NCBI GenBank assembly: GCA_963712745.1
Contig: CAVQJC010000002.1
Span: 170,237 to 234,236 of the forward strand
DNA: 64,000 bases
Source of the DNA: an uncultured Chloroflexia bacterium
GTDB taxonomy: Bacteria > Chloroflexota > Limnocylindria > Limnocylindrales > CSP1-4
Direction of reading: 5' to 3'
The translations under genes were made by a program, and so were the position numbers. Within the stretch, counting starts at the first letter, position 1. Every line of letters starts with the position of its first letter. Below are positions 1 through 11,365 of the stretch, piece after piece. The notes under the pieces were generated by a model. It was given only the letters and a program-made list of their open reading frames with translations, was not told the origin of the DNA and did not search any database.

Positions 1-304
1 GCCGCCAGGCGGTCTGGAACCAGGCCGCTGCCCGGTCGATGACATGGCGCTCATCATGCGCCGGCGTGAAGCGGAGCCAGCCGCGGTCGTCTGCGTCGAG
101 CGCGGTGTCCGGCGTGCGCAGCGCGGCATCGGCGATATCGTCCGGCAGCCTGACCGCCAGGGTCGGGCCTGAGACCCGCGCGAACTCGGTGCCGCCCCTG
201 ACATAGGTCACCATCTCGCCGTCGGCGGAACTGGTGACGTCGTCCAACTCCTCGGCCAGGTCCGCACACAGGCCCGCCAGGTCTGGCGCGTGGTTCTCAT
301 TCAT
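1..304 (-). CDS. Hypothetical protein, runs off the window edge
   Basis: Hand translation from ATG at 304: MNENHAPDLAGLCADLAEELDDV...DDRGWLRFTP...RAAAWFQTAWR. Open to base 1 with strong GC3 bias; not in the ORF track. Confidence 0.6.
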   Translation of the reverse strand, partial: MNENHAPDLAGLCADLAEELDDVTSSADGEMVTYVRGGTEFARVSGPTLAVRLPDDIADAALRTPDTALDADDRGWLRFTPAHDERHVIDRAAAWFQTAWR

Positions 305-366
305 GTCGCGAGCCTACCGCCCGTGGCCGCGGTTCGTAAGGTCGGGCAGGTCTCGGCGGCCGTGTG

Positions 367-1348
367 CTAGCGCTCGAACCGTCGCTGCAGCACCGCGTGG
401 ATCGGAGACGGCGATAAGGATGACGGCGCCGTAGATGAACTGCTCCAGGTAGTTGGTGAGGCCGACGGCCACGATACCGGCCTGGATGCCGCCGATCATG
501 AAGGCGCCGACGAGCGTGCCGTAGATGCTGCCTCGCCCACCGAAGACCGAGGTGCCACCGACGAAGACCGCAGCCAGGGTCGGCAGCAGGTAGCCGGCCC
601 CCATACCTGGGTAGAAGTTCACGAACTGGAGGCTGTTGAGCAGGCCCGCCAAGGCTGCGGTCAGCCCCGTCAGGGTGAAGAGCGATGATGCGGGTGCGCC
701 GGATGGGCGATGCCCATCAGGCCCGCTGCCTGCTTGTTGTCGCCGACGACGTAGGTGTTCTGGCCCAGGCGGTGTCGGTTGAGCAGCAGGCAGGCGACGA
801 CCGTCACGAGCGACCAGCCACCAGAACTCCATCGGGAATCCCCAGGAATGGCTTGCCCACGAGGACATCGCGGGTAGGTCACCGCGAGTCTCGCCAGAGC
901 GAAGGATTGCCGCGCCACAAGCACGAGCACGAGGCCACGGAAGAGGAACTGCGTGCCGATCGTCACGACCAGCGACGGCAGGCCGATGATGCGTGACGAC
1001 AAGGCCATTGAACAGGCCAGCACCGGCGCCGAGCGGCCGAGCGATACGAAGGCCGCCAGCAGCACGTTCTCGGTCGCGTCCCATATCCAGACGAAGCCGA
1101 CCATGCCCAGGGCCATGACCGAGCGGAAGGACAGGTCGATGTCCCCGGCCACGATGACCATCGTGAGGGCCATGGCCACGATGGCGAAGTAGGGCATCGT
1201 CTGCGCGTACGACATGTAGATGCGCTCGCAGCCGAAGGTCTCAGGCGCCAGAATGAGGAAGACCAGCCAGAGCAGCGATGAACGCGACAGTGATGCCGAT
1301 CTGGGAGGGGTAGCGGTGGCGAACGCGGTCAGTGGGCTCGCCCGGCAC
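367..1348 (-). CDS. Sugar ABC transporter permease (RbsC/BPD_transp_2), frameshifted
   Basis: Motifs MVIVAGDIDLS, GLPSLVVTIGT and LAAVFVGGTSVFGGRGSIYGT are spread over several frames. AAGGAG precedes GTG at 1348. Confidence 0.85.
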
Positions 1349-1403
1349 GCTCCTTCGGGCTGAGCGGCGCGGCCTCCGTTCGTGGAGGTCCTGCGTCGTC
1401 CGG

Positions 1404-2268
1404 TCAGCCTGCTCGTCAGCGATTGAGGCGAGACTGCGATCGGGTTCGAACCTCCCCGTCGAGGCGATCTCACTCATGATGTCCATCAGCTCGTCGAGGC
1501 GTGTAGCGCGAGGTCGGGAAGTCACCGGCCACTCGACCGCGGTCCAGGATGCACGATACGGTCGGCCACCGAGTAGACGTGGAAGATGTTGTGGTCGATG
1601 AAGATGGCCGACTTGCCTCTGTCGCGGATGCCGTCCACGAAGTGCAGCAGCTTCTCGGTCTCCTTAAGGGAGAGGCCCATCGTCGGCTCGTCGAGGATGA
1701 TGATGTCGGCCTCGAAGTGACAGCGCGCGCACGATCGCCAGGCCCTGTCGTTCGCCACCGGATAGACCGGTGACCGTCGTGTCAGGAGTCAACACCGCGG
1801 ACGTGAAGCCCATCGACTCGGTCATGAGCTCTTCGGTGATGCGGCGCATCTCGCCGACTCGCAGGAACCCCAGCCGACCCGCCACGGCGCGACCCATGAA
1901 GATGTTTCGCCAGAGCGGCAGTTGCTCGGCCAGCGCACGCTCCTGGAAGACGGTCTCCACGCCAAGCGCACGGGCCTTCTGTACGGTCAAGTCTCGGACT
2001 CGCCTCGACCGCCGAACCGGATCTCGCCCTGGTCGGGCTGGTGGACTCCGGTGACGACCTTGATGAGGGTCGACTTCCCCGCGCCGTTGTCACCGAGCAG
2101 GCCCACGACTTCGCCGCCGGTGAGCTTGAAGCTGACGTCCTCGAGAACATCGACACCACCAAAGGACTTGTAGATGTTGCGCAGCTCCAGGCGCGGTAAC
2201 TCGGCCTGGCGAGGGTCGGAGCCCTCGCCAGCCCTCACGTCATCCGAGACGACGTGCTGATCGGTCAC
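1404..2268 (-). CDS. Sugar ABC transporter ATP-binding protein (single domain), frameshifted
   Basis: Walker A GDNGAGKS, signature LSGGERQ, Walker B IILDEPT and H-loop IDHN lie in different frames. 3' end approximate. Confidence 0.85.
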
Positions 2269-3281
2269 TAGCGAATCTGCTGCTCGACGAGCGGCGCGAC
2301 CATGTCGATGTTGCTGGAATCGACGAAACCGCCGCCGGTGTCGATGAACAGGCCACTGAAGCCGTAGTTGTGGCTCAGGCAGATCTGGAGCGACCGCTTC
2401 GAAGCCCTGCAGCCACTGCTGCTGGTCGATGGCCAGATCGACGTAGCCGGTCTGGATGCCCTCGATGGTCGCCGGGGCCAGGTCGAAGCCAGCCACGTAG
2501 AGCGCCTCGGGAGCGATGCCCGCGGCCTCCAGGTAGGCCCGTGCCGTCGAGGTCACGTTGCCATGATCGAGGAATGCGGCCTTCAGATCGGGATTGGCCG
2601 ATGCCATACCCGTGAACGTCGAGATGCCGGCCGACGGGTCGGCATTGGTGGCATCGTCGATCTCGAGGTAGATGACGTCCATGCCGGCCTCGTTGAGGGC
2701 GTCATGGATGCCCAGGGTTCGCTCACCGCGACCGGGCTGGGCTTCAAGGCCCCACAGGAAGACCTGGTCACCGGCCTCGAGTCCGCCGCGCTTGATGGCT
2801 TCGCGGGCCAGGTCGCCGCCGGCCTTGTAGAGGACGGCGCCGACATAGCCGGTGCCGGCCGTCATGTGGGCCGCTTCGGTCTCCGCGAGCTCGGTGTTCA
2901 TGACCGTGACCACGATGCCGCTGGCGACGGCGTCGTCGACGAGCGGCTTGAACGCGTCGTCACCGGGATGACCCATGATGGCGATGCCGTCCGGGCTGGT
3001 CGCCACGGCCTCACCGAACTGGGTGATCATCTTGTTCGGATCCAGTCGGACCAGACGTATTGCACCGTGGGCCCGAAGGCCAGCTCGGCGGCCTTGGCCC
3101 CGTTGGCCACGACGGTCTCGAACGGACCACCCTGAGTGCCACCGGGGAAGAAGACGATATTGGTGCCCTCGCAGAACTTGCCGTCGTCCTGTGCCGCGAC
3201 AGCTGCAGTGGTGCCGACGGCCGCCGAGGCCGCGAGCGATACCGCGATCGTGGCTGACAGGAACCTCCGGGATACCTTCAT
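2268..3281 (-). CDS. Sugar ABC transporter substrate-binding protein, frameshifted
   Basis: Signal peptide [23 protein letters not shown]; Peripla_BP-type motifs [23 protein letters not shown]; GAGG RBS. Confidence 0.85.
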
Positions 3282-3468
3282 GTAGCGATACCTCCTCTTG
3301 CTCTCAGGGTGGACCTGGCTTGTACGCTGCTTCGTCCCGTGCTCCCTCCCTTCTGCACCCGACGGCGTTGGCCGTCCTGGAGCGTAGTTAATCAGCTAGC
3401 TCCGATACTGCTACCCCCGTCCCCAGCAGGCGCGTGACCTTCGGGATGACTTCGGGGGTCCATTCGGA

Positions 3469-3480
3469 GCAATCGTATGC
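3469..3480. promoter_or_regulatory. Putative LacI-family operator
   Basis: GCAATCGTATGC, a near-palindrome with central CG upstream of the SBP gene; matches sites at 4979-5106 and 10230-10255. Confidence 0.55.
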
Positions 3481-3692
3481 ACTCAAGCGCCGCCTGTCGA
3501 TGCCCTTGCCCCAACAAGCGATGCCACGGCAGGACGGGCGACCAGCCAGGCTCCGATTCGCCAAGCACTCGAATCGTGCCCAACGCATCCGACCCGGCGG
3601 AGGTGGAGCACGGTGACCCGCGCCCCGGGCCGATGGTCGGACTCGACCCTGAGCCGATCCGAGCGATCCGGCCAAGCGGGTCGCCCGCGACC

Positions 3693-4859
3693 TCACTCGG
3701 TGAGGAACTTGTAGCTGGTCCTCGTCTTGTACTCCTCGCCTGGAGCCAGCAACGCGTTGGGGAAGCCTTCCTGGTTCGGCGAGTCGGGGAAGATCTGGGT
3801 TTCGAGTGCGAGGCCATCACCCTGGCGGAAGGCCTTGTCGGCCTGACCATAGACGGTCCCATCGAGGAAGTTGCCAGCGTAGAACTGGATGCCCGGCTCC
3901 TCGGTCCAGACCTCCAACACACGGCCGGTCGACGGCTCCGACAGGCGGGCAGCCATCATCCAGGAGCGGTCGTCCCACGCGCCGTCAGCGCTGTGCTCGC
4001 GGTCGAGCACCCAGTTGTGGTCGTAGCCGCGACCGATGATGATCTGCTCGTGATCCGAGCGGTTCCGCTCGCCGATCGCCGTGGGTGTCGTGAAGTCGAA
4101 CGGGGTATCCGCGACGGGAGCGATTTCGCCGGTCGGGATCAGCGTCGGATCCACGGGGGTGTAGTTGCTAGCGTTGAGCTGCAGCACATGATCATCGATC
4201 GTGCCCATGCCCTCGCCCTTGAGGTTCCAGTAGGCATGATTCGTCAGGTTGATCACCGTGGTCTTGTCGGTGGTGGCCAGGTAGTCCATCAGGAGCTCAT
4301 TCTCATCCGTCAGGGTGTACGTGACCTTGACATCGAGGTTGCCCGGATAGCCCTCTTCCATGTCCGGGCTCATGTACGAGAACTGGACGGCGACGCCCTC
4401 ATCGCTCTCGACCTCTTCTGCGGTCCAGACGACCTTGTCGAAGCCTTTCAGGCCACCGTGGAGCGCATTGGGGTCGTTGTTGATGGCGAGGCTGTACTCC
4501 TCACCATCGATGGTGAACTTGCCCAACGCGATGCGATTCGCATAGCGCCCCGTGATGGTGCCGAAGTACGGGCTCATCGACTCGTAGTCGGCCATGTTAT
4601 CGAAGCCCAGGTTGACGTTCGCGATGTTGCCGTCGCGATCGGGCACGTTGACCTGACTCAGCGTGCCGCCCCACGTGAGGATCTTGACCTCCATCCCGTT
4701 GGCGTTGGTCAGGGTCCATTGCTCGACGGCGGCCCCATCCGACGTCGTGTCGAAGGGAGCGCTCGAGACGCTCTGTGCAACGGCCGCGTTGGGGAGTGCG
4801 GCTAGCAAGAGCATCGTCGCGGCGCCGATGGCGAATACACGACTAATCGATCTGTTCAC
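3693..4859 (-). CDS. galM: Aldose 1-epimerase (mutarotase) with N-terminal signal peptide
   Basis: GRYANRI, LHGG, GYPG, NLTNHAYWNL, GYDHN, QFYAGN and LETQ motifs; AxA cleavage site (NAAVA-Q); AGGAG RBS. Confidence 0.93.
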   Translation of the reverse strand: MNRSISRVFAIGAATMLLLAALPNAAVAQSVSSAPFDTTSDGAAVEQWTLTNANGMEVKILTWGGTLSQVNVPDRDGNIANVNLGFDNMADYESMSPYFGTITGRYANRIALGKFTIDGEEYSLAINNDPNALHGGLKGFDKVVWTAEEVESDEGVAVQFSYMSPDMEEGYPGNLDVKVTYTLTDENELLMDYLATTDKTTVINLTNHAYWNLKGEGMGTIDDHVLQLNASNYTPVDPTLIPTGEIAPVADTPFDFTTPTAIGERNRSDHEQIIIGRGYDHNWVLDREHSADGAWDDRSWMMAARLSEPSTGRVLEVWTEEPGIQFYAGNFLDGTVYGQADKAFRQGDGLALETQIFPDSPNQEGFPNALLAPGEEYKTRTSYKFLTE

Positions 4860-4966
4860 AACAGGCTCTCCTCCTGTGGGCGTTGACGCTGGACGGTGAC
4901 CTCCGTCTTTCCGCCGCCCAGCGTCCCCTTTGGCGAGCCCGTATGTATCGAGCTCGCGACGGCCCC

Positions 4967-4996
4967 ATTATAGTAGGTGCAATCGAACGGCGGCAA
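4967..4996 (-). promoter_or_regulatory. Sigma70-type promoter for galM
   Basis: Minus strand TTGCCG-18 nt-TATAAT. Confidence 0.6.
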
Positions 4997-5106
4997 TGGT
5001 ATGCACCAAACAGAACGCAGCGCCACTCCAGCCCTCCCGACGGGCTGCACCGAATGACCAAGGCAGCTGTCCCTGCTCATGCAAACGAGTGTGTGCACAC
5101 ATATGC
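4979..5106. promoter_or_regulatory. Two pairs of tandem LacI-type operators in the galM/lacI divergent region
   Basis: GCAATCGAACGG (4979) + GCAATGGTATGC (4993); GCAAACGAGTGT (5081) + GCACACATATGC (5095). Starts are 14 bp apart in each pair. Confidence 0.55.
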
Positions 5107-5179
5107 TTGGAGTTGCGGCGAACCATCTGGCGCATGAGCGGGTCGAGTCGAGCGTTGTGAGCCAGGGAGGACAAACGGC

Positions 5180-6281
5180 ATGTCGCGGACAACAGGCAGA
5201 TCCGGCGAGATTGCGGACGGCGAGGTCGCTCGGCAAGCGCGGCGTTCGCAAGCGCCTACGATGCGTGACATCGCCACGGTCACCGGCGTCTCCCAGTCCA
5301 CCGTTTCGCGGGTCCTCAGTGGCACCGCCACCGCAGTGCCCATCGCTGAGACCACACGCGAGCGCGTCATCAGGACGGCTCAAGAGCTGGGCTATCGGCC
5401 CAATCCTCTGGCTCGTGGGCTCCGCGGCGCGCCGACGATGCTGCTTGGCGTCATCGTCCGCGACATCACCGATCCCTTCTTCGCCGGCGCCATCGAGGCT
5501 GCCTCGCCGCCAGGCCGACAAGCGTGGCTACAACGTGGTCCTGGGCCACGCCCACGAGAGCGCCGACGAGGCCGTCGCCCTGTGGGGCATCCTCGAGGCG
5601 CGCCACTGCGATGCCATCCTCTTCCTCGGTGACCTACGCGATCGACCGGACCTGCTCAAGGACCTGAAGAACACGAGCATCCCCGTGGTGGCCTTGTGGC
5701 ACGGCTCGCGCGACAGTGGGTTCCCGACCGTCTGCGTCGACAATGCCGCCGGCATCGCATCGGTGATGGACCACCTCATCGGGCTGAGGTCATCAGCGCA
5801 TCGCCTTCGCCGGGCCGAAACGCCTCGGAGACATCGCCGAGCGGGAGTTGGCCTACCTCGCTTCACTGGAGCGCCATGACCTGCCCCGTCACGAGGAGTA
5901 CCGCCTCGAGGTCGACAACAGCTTCAGCGGCGGCAGCTTCGCCCTCGACATGCTGATGGACCTCCGCCAGCCTCCGACCGCCATGGTGACAGCCACCGAC
6001 GTCATCGCCATCGGCATGCTGCATGCGCGCCCACCGAAGGGGGCTGCGAGTGCCTCGCGACCTCTCCATCACCGGCTTCGACGACATCCCCGTGGCTGCA
6101 GTCAGCGTGCCCGCGCTGACGAGCGTGCGGATGCCCACCGAGGCCATGCTCGCTGCGGCGGTCGACATCGCCATCGGCGATAGGTCGACGCGACCAGCCA
6201 TCCAGTCCTCCAGCCGACGCTCGTGGTGCGGGCGTCGACCGGGCCGGTAGCCGGCCAGCCAGTCACAGAGAAGGAACTTGA
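5180..6281 (+). CDS. LacI-family transcriptional regulator, frameshifted
   Basis: [35 protein letters not shown], and C-terminal [15 protein letters not shown]...LTSV split over about 5 frames. Confidence 0.9.
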
Positions 6282-6283
6282 CC

Positions 6284-7972
6284 GTGGGCAACTACGTCAT
6301 CGGCGTCGACTTCGGGACCGAGTCCGGCCGTGCTGTCGTCATCGACGCGGCCAACGGGCGCGAGCTCGGCAGCAGCGTCTACCCCTACGCCAACGGCGTC
6401 ATCGATGAGACGCTGCCTGCGCCCGACGACGACGTACGGCTGGCGCCCGAGTGGGCGCTGCAGGATCCCGAGGATTACCTGCGCACCTTCCAGCAGGCGG
6501 TCCCCGCGGCCATCTCCGAGGCCGGCGTGGAGGCTGCCGACGTCATCGGCGTGGGTATCGATTTCACCGCCTGCACGATGCTGCCGACCAAGGCAGACGG
6601 CACGCCGCTGGCCACGCTGCCCGAGTTCCGCCGCAACCCGCATGCCTGGGTGAAGCTGTGGAAACACCACGCTGCCCAGCCGGAGGCGGACCTCATCAAC
6701 GCCACCGCTCGCGACCGCGGCGAGGAGTGGCTGCCGCGCTACGGCGGCAAGATCTCATCGGAGTGGTTCTACTCCAAGGCATTGCAGATCCTCGATGAGG
6801 CTCCCGAGGTCTACGACGAAGCGGACCGGCTCATCGAGGCGGCCGACTGGGTCATCTGGCGCCTTACCGGGAACGAGACTCGCAACAGCTGCACGGCCGG
6901 CTACAAGGCCATCTGGTCGAAGGCTGACGGCTTCCCCGGTGAGGACTACTTCGCGGCGCTGGATCCTCGCCTGTCGAGCATCGTCGACGACAAGATGGGC
7001 CGCGAGGTCACTTCCATCGGCGAGAAGGCCGGTGAGCTGACCGAGGAGGCCGCCTCGTGGACCGGCCTGCGCCCGGGGACCGCCGTGGCCGTGGCCAACG
7101 TGGACGCCCATGTCTCGGTGCCGGCCACGACCGTGACCGAGCCCGGCCGCATGGTCATGGTCATGGGCACCAGCATCTGCCACATGGTGCTTGGTGAGAA
7201 GCAGGCCAACGTCGAGGGCATGTGCGGCGTGGTCGAGGACGGCATCCTGCCAGGGTTGTTCGGCTACGAGGCGGGTCAGTCCGGCGTGGGCGACATCTTC
7301 GCCTGGTTCGTGGACAACCTCGTGCCGGCCGAGTACTTCGAGCAGGCCGAGCGAGAGGGCATCGACGTCCACGCCGTGCTCGAGCGCGAGGCGGCCGAGC
7401 TGACGCCGGGCCAGTCTGGGCTGGTCGCGCTGGACTGGATGAACGGCAACCGCTCGGTGCTGGTCGATGTCGACCTCTCCGGCCTCATCCTCGGGGCCAC
7501 GCTTGCGACCAAGGCGCCGGAGGTCTACCGCGCGCTCATCGAGGCGACCGCCTTCGGCACACGCACCATCATCGAATCGTTCGAGGCCTCCGGCGTGCCC
7601 ATCAACGACGTCGTCGGCTGCGGTGGCCTGCCCGACAAGAACAAGCTGCTCATGCAGATCTATGCCGACGTGACGCGGCGCGAGTTCTCGGTGGCAGCCT
7701 CCTCGCAGACGCCGGCCCTGGGTAGCTCGATGTGGGCGGCCGTGGCGGCGGGTGCTGCCAACGGTGGCTATGACACCATCGAGGATGCGACCGCGGCCAT
7801 GGCACAGCTGCGGGACGAGCACTACCTGCCCGATCCGGACGCTGCGGCCGTGTACGACGAGCTCTACGCCGAGTACAAGCTGCTTCACGACTACTTCGGT
7901 CGTGGTGCCAACGATGCCATGAAGCGCCTGCGCGCCATCCGCGATCGAGCCCTGGAGTCCGCCGCCCGCTGA
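6284..7972 (+). CDS. araB: Ribulokinase (FGGY family)
   Basis: [50 protein letters not shown]; adjacent to araA and araD. Confidence 0.93.
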   Translation: MGNYVIGVDFGTESGRAVVIDAANGRELGSSVYPYANGVIDETLPAPDDDVRLAPEWALQDPEDYLRTFQQAVPAAISEAGVEAADVIGVGIDFTACTMLPTKADGTPLATLPEFRRNPHAWVKLWKHHAAQPEADLINATARDRGEEWLPRYGGKISSEWFYSKALQILDEAPEVYDEADRLIEAADWVIWRLTGNETRNSCTAGYKAIWSKADGFPGEDYFAALDPRLSSIVDDKMGREVTSIGEKAGELTEEAASWTGLRPGTAVAVANVDAHVSVPATTVTEPGRMVMVMGTSICHMVLGEKQANVEGMCGVVEDGILPGLFGYEAGQSGVGDIFAWFVDNLVPAEYFEQAEREGIDVHAVLEREAAELTPGQSGLVALDWMNGNRSVLVDVDLSGLILGATLATKAPEVYRALIEATAFGTRTIIESFEASGVPINDVVGCGGLPDKNKLLMQIYADVTRREFSVAASSQTPALGSSMWAAVAAGAANGGYDTIEDATAAMAQLRDEHYLPDPDAAAVYDELYAEYKLLHDYFGRGANDAMKRLRAIRDRALESAAR

Positions 7973-7987
7973 TGGGTGGTCGGCTGG

Positions 7988-8529
7988 CCCTGGCCGGCTG
8001 CAGCCAGCTAGAGCAGCGCGCGCCGGGCTTCACGAACGGCGACCCTGGCCGGCTGCAGCCAGGTAGAGCAGCGCGCGCCGGGCTTCACGAACGGCGACCC
8101 TGGCCGGCTGCAGCCAGGTAGAGCAGCGCGCGCCGGGCTTCACGAACGGCGACCCTGGCCGTTCGCGCCGGATCTTCGCAATGGCTGAACGACCGTGAGG
8201 AGCCGACCGGCTCATGGGTCGCGAGACTCAGATTCGTGGGCGCGAGACCGTCGGGTGCGCTGCGACTATGCCCTCTGGGCATGGTCCGCCCAGCAACCGG
8301 GCTCGGCGCCCGGTCCCGTCAGCTGGCCGGGCCTCACGAACGGCGACCCTGGCCGTTCGCGCCGGATCTTCGCAATGGCTGAACGACCGTGATCGAAATG
8401 GCCGGCTCATGGGTCGCGAGACTCAGATTCGTGGGCGCGAGACCGTCGGGTGCGCTGCGTCTATGCCCTCTGGGCATCGTTGCGCCCGGCAACCGGGCTC
8501 GGCGCGCGGTCATGTCAGCTGGCCGGGCC
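7988..8529. repeat. Mosaic intergenic repeat array: three 55-bp units followed by two diverged ~194-bp units
   Basis: 55-bp units start at 7988, 8043 and 8098. A shared 29-bp motif GCCGGGCYTCACGAACGGCGACCCTGGCC occurs at 8022, 8077, 8132 and 8326. Confidence 0.95.
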
Positions 8530-8676
8530 AGGTTCTTCAATGGTCGCGAAAAGGACGATCGTCGACGTGCGGGCTGCTCGAGGCAGCGAGCCAGTTGGGA
8601 AGGCGAGCCGCCCGTGGAGCCTGCGGACGGGGCCCGGTTCGTCACCCCCCCTCCGCCTGCAGACTGTGATGAGTTC

Positions 8677-10180
8677 CTAGACGGCACCGGCAAGATGCCA
8701 GTAGGCGTTGCTCCACTGCACTTCCTTGCGGAAGCGGCGAGCCGTCGTGTCAGCGTCGATGGCGACCAGCTCGACCCCGACCATCTCGGCGAAGTCCTCG
8801 ATGACCTCGAGACCGACCGCCTGCGAGTAGGCCGTGTGGTGCGGGCCGCCCGCCAACAGCCACGACTCGGCCGCGGTGGTGAAGTCCGGCTCGCGGCACC
8901 CACAACGCACGGGCCACGGGCAGCGTCGGCAGGTCCGAGGGCGGGTCGATGGCGTCGATCTCGTTGGCCACCAAGCGCAGGCGCGTGCCCATGTCGACCA
9001 GGCCCACCACGACGCCCGGACCGGCGGCACCGCTGAACACGAGTCGCACCGGGTCCTCGCGTTCGCCCACGAAGAGGGGATGGATCTCGCATGCGGGCGT
9101 GGCGGCCGCGATGGTCGGACAGATCTCCAGCATGTGCGCCCCGAGCACGGCCGTCTGCGGTGCCCCGAAGTCGTAGGTGTAGTCCTCCATGAACGAGACG
9201 CCACCCTCGAGCCCTTCGCTCATGGCCTTGACGATGCGCACGAGCATCGACGACTTCCAGTCGCCCTCCGCGCCGAAGCCATAGCCGTCGGCCATGAGCC
9301 GCTGGGCCCCGATGCCCGGCAGCTGCTTCAGGCCGCCCAGGTCCTCGAAGGTGTCGACGAAGGCCATCGAACCGCGCTCGGTGAGGAAGGCCCGCAGGCC
9401 CAGCTCGATGCGGGCCGCATCACGCAGGGACTCGCGCCGGTCGCCTCCGGGGCGCAGCTCGGGCACGACCTCGTAGCGCTCGTCGTACTCGGCGCAGAGT
9501 CGGTCGACCTCGGCATCGGCCACCTGGTCCACGACCGCGGCCAGCTCGTTGACCGGGTAGGTGTTGCAGGCGGCGCCGAAGCGGGCCTGCACCTCGACCT
9601 TGTCGCCGTCGGTGTCGGCCACCTCGCGCATGTTGTCGCCGAAGCGGATGACCCGCAGGTCGCGCGCCTCGTGGGCGCCGGCCGCCGCGCGCATCCAGGC
9701 GCCGACACGACGCTGCACGCCCGCCTCCTGCCAGTGGCCGGCCACGGTCTTGCGGGGCAGGCGCAGGCGCGACACGATGTAGGCGAACTCGCGGTCGCCA
9801 TGGGCCGACTGGTTGAGGTTCATGAACTCCATGTCGATGGCGCCGTAGGGCAGGTCGGCGCCGTACTGGGTATGCAGGTGCAGGAACGGCTTGGTCAACG
9901 CCTGCAGCCCCGCGATCCACATCTTGGCCGGGCTGAACGTGTGCATCCAGCCGATGACGCCGATGCAGCTGTCGTCCGCGGAGGCATCGATGCAGGCGCG
10001 GCGGATGCCATCAGGCGTGGTCACGGTCGGCTTGTGGACGATCTCGACGGGGATGTCGGCCGAGGCGTTGAGCCCGGCCACCATCTCCTGTGATTGGGCG
10101 AGCACCTTGCCCAGGATGACCTCGCCGTAGAGGCCCTGACTACCGGTCAGGAACCAGATCTTGAGCCCCTCGAATGCCAT
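8677..10180 (-). CDS. araA: L-arabinose isomerase, one frameshift near the 3' end
   Basis: [57 protein letters not shown]; C-terminal AGGPHHT in another frame. Confidence 0.95.
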
Positions 10181-10229
10181 CGGTCCTCGCCTCCACACGA
10201 TTGCCCGGGCACGGCGTAGCCCGGGGGAT

Positions 10230-10255
10230 GCAATCGAGTGTATGCAAACGAATTC
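10230..10255. promoter_or_regulatory. Tandem LacI-type operators between araA and araD
   Basis: GCAATCGAGTGT (10230) + GCAAACGAATTC (10244), 14-bp period. Confidence 0.55.
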
Positions 10256-10283
10256 TCGCGGTCAAACCGGTATCATGCGGACC

Positions 10284-10997
10284 ATGATCGACATGGCGCT
10301 CAGGGAACAGGTCGCGAGGGCCAACGCGGACCTGGTGAAGGCCGGCCTGGTGACCCTCTCGTTCGGCAACGTGAGTGGCGTGGACCGCGAGGCCAACGCC
10401 CTGGTCATCAAGCCCAGCGGCGTGGCCTGCGACAGGGTCCAGCCGGAGGACCTGGTGGTGGTCTCACTGGAGGATGGCCGCGTGCTCGAGGGCACGATGC
10501 GTCCATCGAGCGACACGCCCACGCACCTGCGCCTGTACCAGGCGTATCCCGACCTCGGCGGCGTGGTGCACACGCACTCGAGCTTCGCTGCTGCCTTCGC
10601 ACAGGCGGGTCGCGACATCCCCGCGCTGGGCACTACCCACGCCGACCACTTCCGGGGAGCGGTCCCCACCTCGCGCCTGATGACCGAAGAGGAGATCGCG
10701 GGCGAGTACGAGCTTGAGACGGGCAACGTCATCATCGAGACCATCGACGGCCGCACTGACGATGCATTGCGCATGCCGGCCGTGCTGGTGCGTTCGCATG
10801 GCCCGTTCACCTGGGGCCGCGATGCCGACCAGGCCGTGGTCAACGCCATCGCCCTGGAGGCCGTGGCGGCCATGGCCCAGCGGACCCTCTCCATCGACCC
10901 CGCAGCACCGGCCATCCAGGAGGCGCTGTTGCGCCGGCACTTCGACCGCAAGCATGGTCCGGGTGCCTACTATGGACAGGCGGGGGACAAGCACTAG
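10284..10997 (+). CDS. araD: L-ribulose-5-phosphate 4-epimerase
   Basis: GNVSG, IKPSGV, PSSDTPTH, VHTHS, TTHADHF, HGPFTWG, RKHGPGAYYGQ. Start approximate; TATCAT lies 7 nt upstream. Confidence 0.95.
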   Translation: MIDMALREQVARANADLVKAGLVTLSFGNVSGVDREANALVIKPSGVACDRVQPEDLVVVSLEDGRVLEGTMRPSSDTPTHLRLYQAYPDLGGVVHTHSSFAAAFAQAGRDIPALGTTHADHFRGAVPTSRLMTEEEIAGEYELETGNVIIETIDGRTDDALRMPAVLVRSHGPFTWGRDADQAVVNAIALEAVAAMAQRTLSIDPAAPAIQEALLRRHFDRKHGPGAYYGQAGDKH

Positions 10998-11056
10998 CCC
11001 GCTACCGCGATGCTCGCGGATCCGACAGTCAGCGCGAACCCAGAGGAGGTCGACCG

Positions 11057-11365
11057 ATGTTCATCGCGGCAGTCCATGTCTACGTCAAGCCTGACCTGGT
11101 CGACGAGTTCAAGGAGCAGATCCGAGCCAACCACGAAGCCTCCATCGCCGAGCCCGGCTGCCTGCGCTTCGACGTGGCCCAGTCGAAGGACGACCCCACG
11201 GAGTTCCTGCTCTGGGAGGTCTACGTCGACGAGGAGGCGAACCGGTTCCACAAGACGACGCCGCACTACCTCGCCTTCAAGGAGCTGATGCCCCGGTTCA
11301 TGTCCCGTGACCGGCACAGCGACCTGTACGAGGGCATCTACGTGGACTCGGACAAGCTCGGCTGA
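11057..11365 (+). CDS. ABM/LsrG-like dimeric alpha+beta barrel protein
   Basis: NHEASIAEPGCLRFDV...FLLWEVY...HKTTPHY; GAGG RBS. Confidence 0.8.
   Translation: MFIAAVHVYVKPDLVDEFKEQIRANHEASIAEPGCLRFDVAQSKDDPTEFLLWEVYVDEEANRFHKTTPHYLAFKELMPRFMSRDRHSDLYEGIYVDSDKLG

Noticed and set aside
7988-8529. CRISPR array
   Set aside because: Intervening segments are themselves repeated and of very unequal length (26 vs ~165 bp); no cas genes.
8665-8674. TGTGATGAGT as partner end of the IS481-like terminus
   Set aside because: Only a 9/10 match and lacks the internal repeats; compatible with chance.
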